From contig JBHLMP010000022.1 of the NCBI GenBank assembly GCA_048938025.1, forward strand, positions 1 to 55,075: a stretch of 55,075 nucleotides of DNA. The letters are read 5' to 3'. Made by a program: the position numbers and the translations under genes. The DNA is from Promethearchaeota archaeon. Its GTDB lineage: Archaea > Asgardarchaeota > Lokiarchaeia > Sigyniarchaeales > SOKP01. Below are positions 51,469-55,075 of this stretch, in pieces; the first letter of the stretch is position 1; each line of letters opens with the position of its first letter. Below the pieces are notes generated by a model. That model was not told the origin of the DNA. It saw only the letters and a program-made list of their open reading frames with translations, and searched no databases.

Positions 51469-52308
51469 TTACTTTTGATCTAATATTCTCAAAGTAATTG
51501 GCCTTACATCATTTTCAATCCCAAAGGTAGGGATTATCCATAGATATAAACAATATCTAAGATCTCGATAATGTGGTTTAGAAAAGTTCATATGTCCCAA
51601 TTTACCAGGAAAAAATATACCACCTCCATTAGATAAATCCTTACAAACTGACTGGCCTTTAGAATTAACTAGATATTGAGTCACAGCGTAATGTTCATCA
51701 TCAATGCAATATATATAAACTTCTGGAAAATCCGGATGTACATGAGAAAAAATACAATCATCTTCTAAATTTACACTTGTTACAACACCTTGTTTTAACG
51801 CTTCCATTGGAATATTAGTGAAGCCAGACATGAAAAAACCATTCTTTATTGCCGTCCAAACAGTTCTATACGTTGCCATTTTATGTTCTGAACCAAATTC
51901 TCCTCGCGGAGTAAATTTTTCTAAATTAAATCGTTGAATTTCAAATTCTGCGTCCACCTCTTTTCTTGAAAGGCTAAAAACTAGACAAATTTTACATTTA
52001 TGTTTTGGATTAATAGTGAATTTCTTTTCAGGAGGTATAAAAAACAGATCATATTGGTTTAAATCAAACTTACTCTTCTCATAAATTAGAAGTGCTTTTC
52101 CTTCCAATAATGAGCCATTTAATATTTCTTTTTTATCTGTTCTTAGTTTCAATTCAGAATCAAAATAGAAATATTCCAATTTAACATTATTAAATTCTCT
52201 TTCAACTGGTTCTTTGGGGTCTTCAAAATAAAAGGAATACATAGTGGATTTCGTTAACTCTTCTTTCTTACATGAAGAATTGTCTAGCCCTTTCAATTTT
52301 GAAACCAA
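51469..52308 (-). CDS. Cupin-fold protein, IolB/KduI-like
   Basis: Double beta-helix pattern; HVH..PEVY...GH metal ligands. Confidence 0.55.
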   Translation of the reverse strand: MVSKLKGLDNSSCKKEELTKSTMYSFYFEDPKEPVEREFNNVKLEYFYFDSELKLRTDKKEILNGSLLEGKALLIYEKSKFDLNQYDLFFIPPEKKFTINPKHKCKICLVFSLSRKEVDAEFEIQRFNLEKFTPRGEFGSEHKMATYRTVWTAIKNGFFMSGFTNIPMEALKQGVVTSVNLEDDCIFSHVHPDFPEVYIYCIDDEHYAVTQYLVNSKGQSVCKDLSNGGGIFFPGKLGHMNFSKPHYRDLRYCLYLWIIPTFGIENDVRPITLRILDQK

Positions 52309-52339
52309 ATTTTAATTAATTAATTTTTCAATTGAACTT

Positions 52340-53551
52340 TTAAAAGAAATCAGAAGAAACTGGTGATTGAATTCTTAAGTTTCGTTGTGAATTATCAGAT
52401 ATTAGAGAAATTAATGCTGAAATATTTTGCTTAGTTTCATAAACAATTTCTTTTTCTTCTTCTTTTTTCCATCTATTAAATCCAGTTAAGTATGGTGCTG
52501 TTTCAAATAAACCTTCCATTAGTCCGGAAACCTTAACTGTTACACCTTGAAGATCTTCTTTTGAAATATTCTTAATTCTTAAGCGATATTTTTCTAAATC
52601 CGAATCTATAGAAACAACTTTATAGAATTTTTGAAATTTAGACGAGATCCCATCAAATAAAGAGGGAGCTCCAACATGTTCTCTAGAAAACAGATCCAAA
52701 TCTTTTTTGCTTTCTTCAATAGGTTTTACGCTTATAGTTATAGGTAACTCAAATCTAATTTGTTCTTTACCATATTCTGGTTTCTTATTACCTATTATTA
52801 AAAGAGACCATTCAGTATAATCACCATATTTAAAGCCCCAATACTCTTTTTCTGTAGGTTTCCATAAATAATTATGACTTGGTTCACCAATCTCGGGGAC
52901 TTTTAATAGTAAAAAACCTTTATCAATATCAGTTGTTTTAGCAGCTCCAGCAATAGCAGGAGGGAGTTCTTCAACCTTCCGGCAATTTTGTCCATATGCT
53001 TCACAATAACAAACCAAATTCGATTTTTGTAGTAATCGCACTTCAATTTGTTTGAGTTCTTCAGATGTGAAACTTATTTTGATGGTTTCATCAGGTTTAA
53101 ATACATCTTTTGTGAGAAGCACATTTAAACCAGAAATTGAAAATGAGATTGGCTTTGGCATTTTAGCTTGAAGACCTGATTCTTTTGCTTTTATTTCAAT
53201 ATCATGAGTTTTATTAATAACTAAATCTTCTTCTGGATTAAGAGGATGTGGTTGTCTTAAAATTAGTTTAATAAAATAATTTAAATTTCTATTTTTTATT
53301 GTAGGAACGACATTATTCTTTATCAATAGAGACCTATCTCTTATGTATCTACCTGCTTCAAAATTTCCTTTTGAAAATATTTCTTCTTTTGAAATATGAA
53401 GCTCTTTAGTACAAGGAGGATTAGTAATTAATCTAATACCACTCCATAAAATAGAGGTATCTTCCTCAAAAGTAAATTTGGTCCTAATATTTAATTTATC
53501 TCCAATAAATACAGAACCGTTATTTAAATCAGTTAACTCTAATTTTACCAA
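52340..53551 (-). CDS. Hypothetical protein with arrestin/Vps26/SpoOM-like fold
   Basis: FIGD..I, GRY...VPT...NYFIK; KDVFKPDETI...LLQ...LKVP..PS...LPITI. Confidence 0.55.
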   Translation of the reverse strand: MVKLELTDLNNGSVFIGDKLNIRTKFTFEEDTSILWSGIRLITNPPCTKELHISKEEIFSKGNFEAGRYIRDRSLLIKNNVVPTIKNRNLNYFIKLILRQPHPLNPEEDLVINKTHDIEIKAKESGLQAKMPKPISFSISGLNVLLTKDVFKPDETIKISFTSEELKQIEVRLLQKSNLVCYCEAYGQNCRKVEELPPAIAGAAKTTDIDKGFLLLKVPEIGEPSHNYLWKPTEKEYWGFKYGDYTEWSLLIIGNKKPEYGKEQIRFELPITISVKPIEESKKDLDLFSREHVGAPSLFDGISSKFQKFYKVVSIDSDLEKYRLRIKNISKEDLQGVTVKVSGLMEGLFETAPYLTGFNRWKKEEEKEIVYETKQNISALISLISDNSQRNLRIQSPVSSDFF

Positions 53552-53780
53552 GTCTAGATTAATTTAATGAAGTGTTTAATATTAATTTTATAAAAGGATG
53601 AGATTTTATTAAAAACTTATTATTAGTTGTTAAGATTTAAGGATTACGTAAATATTTTTCTTCTTTATTTTTCATTTTTTATAAAAATAACCTCCTCATT
53701 TTCAAGAAAAAGGTAATAAGTAAATATTATAAGTTAGTCTTTATATTTAAAATTAAAAAGAGTTTAAATATTAGGTAATA

Positions 53781-54497
53781 ATGAAGGAAAGTGATGATAG
53801 TCAAATAAAGGCTATTCTCTTTGACTTAGATGGCACCTTAATTGAAATTGATTTGGATTTATTCATATCCAACTATTTAAAGTTATTGGCTCAAAGTGTA
53901 GCTCATATTATTTCGCCTAAAAAGTTTATTGCTAAAATCTTAAAAGCTTCAAAAGCTGTTGAAGAAAATGATGGTCGCAAAACTAATATAGAAATATATA
54001 TTGATGCTTTTTTTCCATTAGAAGGGTATTCTTATGAAGAAATTAAACCTTTTTTCGATAATTTCTATGAAAAAAATTTTTCTAAATTACGTCAATATAC
54101 CCGTAGGAAACCAGAAGCTAGGGCTGTCATTCAAACTGCTTTTGATAAAGGATATGTTGTAGTAATCGCCACTACTCCTATACTTCCTTTAACGGCTATT
54201 GAGCAACGATTAGAATGGGCGGGCGTAGATGATTTTCCATTCCGCTTAATAACAACTATTGAAAATAGTAGAGCAACTAAATCATTAACAAATCTGTATT
54301 ACTATGAGCAGATTCTAAACACTATTGGATATCCAGCTGAATCATGTCTGATGGTGGGTGATGAGGATAAGGATATGATTGCTGGTCAATTAGGAATGCA
54401 AACTTTTCTTATTCTTAATTCTAATACAGAAATAAATCAAAATAAGATTGAGCCCACATATAAGGGGGATTTAATAGATTTGTTAAATTTGATATAA
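53781..54497 (+). CDS. HAD-superfamily hydrolase
   Basis: FDLDGTL, ATTP, MVGD...DM. Confidence 0.9.
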   Translation: MKESDDSQIKAILFDLDGTLIEIDLDLFISNYLKLLAQSVAHIISPKKFIAKILKASKAVEENDGRKTNIEIYIDAFFPLEGYSYEEIKPFFDNFYEKNFSKLRQYTRRKPEARAVIQTAFDKGYVVVIATTPILPLTAIEQRLEWAGVDDFPFRLITTIENSRATKSLTNLYYYEQILNTIGYPAESCLMVGDEDKDMIAGQLGMQTFLILNSNTEINQNKIEPTYKGDLIDLLNLI

Positions 54498-54503
54498 ACT
54501 TAA

Positions 54504-54665
54504 TCATTTCCATGTATATTCAAGTTTACTCATATTATAAATCTGATAAGGATCCTCCATTAACACTTTAGCTAAACACTTAGAACAATAATAAACTTCT
54601 TTTTTCCTATCTTTAAAAAAACACATAAATAATTTTTCTTTCTGTAAGCATCCTTCGCACCTCAT
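54504..54665 (-). CDS. 53-aa Zn-finger protein
   Basis: MRCEGCLQKEKLFMCFFKDRKKEVYYCSKCLAKVLMEDPYQIYNMSKLEYTWK*, preceded by AAGGAG; missed by ORF track. Confidence 0.7.
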   Translation of the reverse strand: MRCEGCLQKEKLFMCFFKDRKKEVYYCSKCLAKVLMEDPYQIYNMSKLEYTWK

Positions 54666-54754
54666 TTTTCTATCTCCTTAAAAATTTGTTCTGAAAAAAT
54701 AAAAATATTATTATTAAATTAAAAATAAAGTTGCCTTCTATTTCTTTTTCTAAA

Positions 54755-55075
54755 TCACTTTTTCGATTTCACTGCCATTTTATTTATCTCATCATATCTA
54801 AAACAATCAATTGTATGATCATTAACCATACCTACAGCCTGCATAAATGCATAGCATATCGTAGGGCCAACAAATTTGAAATCTCTTTTTTTCAAATCTT
54901 TACTCATTTGTTCTGATTGTCCAATCTGCGATGGCAATTCTGAAAGTGTCTTAAATTTATGTATTATTGGTTTGTAATTAACAAATTTCCAAATATACTT
55001 ATCAAAAGAGTTAAATTCTCTTTGGACTTCTAAAAATGCCTTTGCATTTGCAATTACAGCATTTATCTTTAATCT
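54755..55075 (-). CDS. tag: DNA-3-methyladenine glycosylase I, 5'-truncated by window edge
   Basis: RLKINAVIANAKAF...SFDKYIW...MSKDLKKRDFKFVGPTICYAFMQAVGMVNDHTIDCF. Confidence 0.92.
   Translation of the reverse strand, partial: RLKINAVIANAKAFLEVQREFNSFDKYIWKFVNYKPIIHKFKTLSELPSQIGQSEQMSKDLKKRDFKFVGPTICYAFMQAVGMVNDHTIDCFRYDEINKMAVKSKK

Noticed and set aside
54731-54937. Short ORFs 54731..54916 (+) and 54755..54937 (-)
   Set aside because: The first is antisense; the second is only the 3' part of the tag gene.

Overview
AT-rich archaeal window, most consistent with Lokiarchaeia (Asgard). Evidence: ribosomal uL16/L10e, a Loki-CTERM-like IPGY...KK anchor, an MglA-type small GTPase, frequent TTG starts and bacterial-type dnaK/dnaJ/grpE. 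About 50 CDSs; no rRNA, tRNA, CRISPR array or transposase seen. The most striking region is ~27.8-43.6 kb, a putative (glyco)lipid or surface-glycoconjugate cluster. It holds two LuxE-like acyl-protein synthetases without luxC/D/A/B, a CDP-alcohol phosphotransferase coupled to a membrane GT2, a membrane acyltransferase, an acyl-CoA ligase homologue lacking its phospho-His loop, two B12 radical SAM enzymes, a sulfotransferase, a deacetylase and UDP-galactopyranose mutase. Other highlights: an isobutyryl-CoA-mutase-type enzyme with unusual motif changes; three genes that appear to start at ATT/ATC; two acidic surface paralogues sharing an upstream motif next to a wHTH regulator; an arrestin-fold candidate; and three small Cys-rich ORFs missed by the ORF track. 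All calls come from motif recognition by eye; no searches were run.
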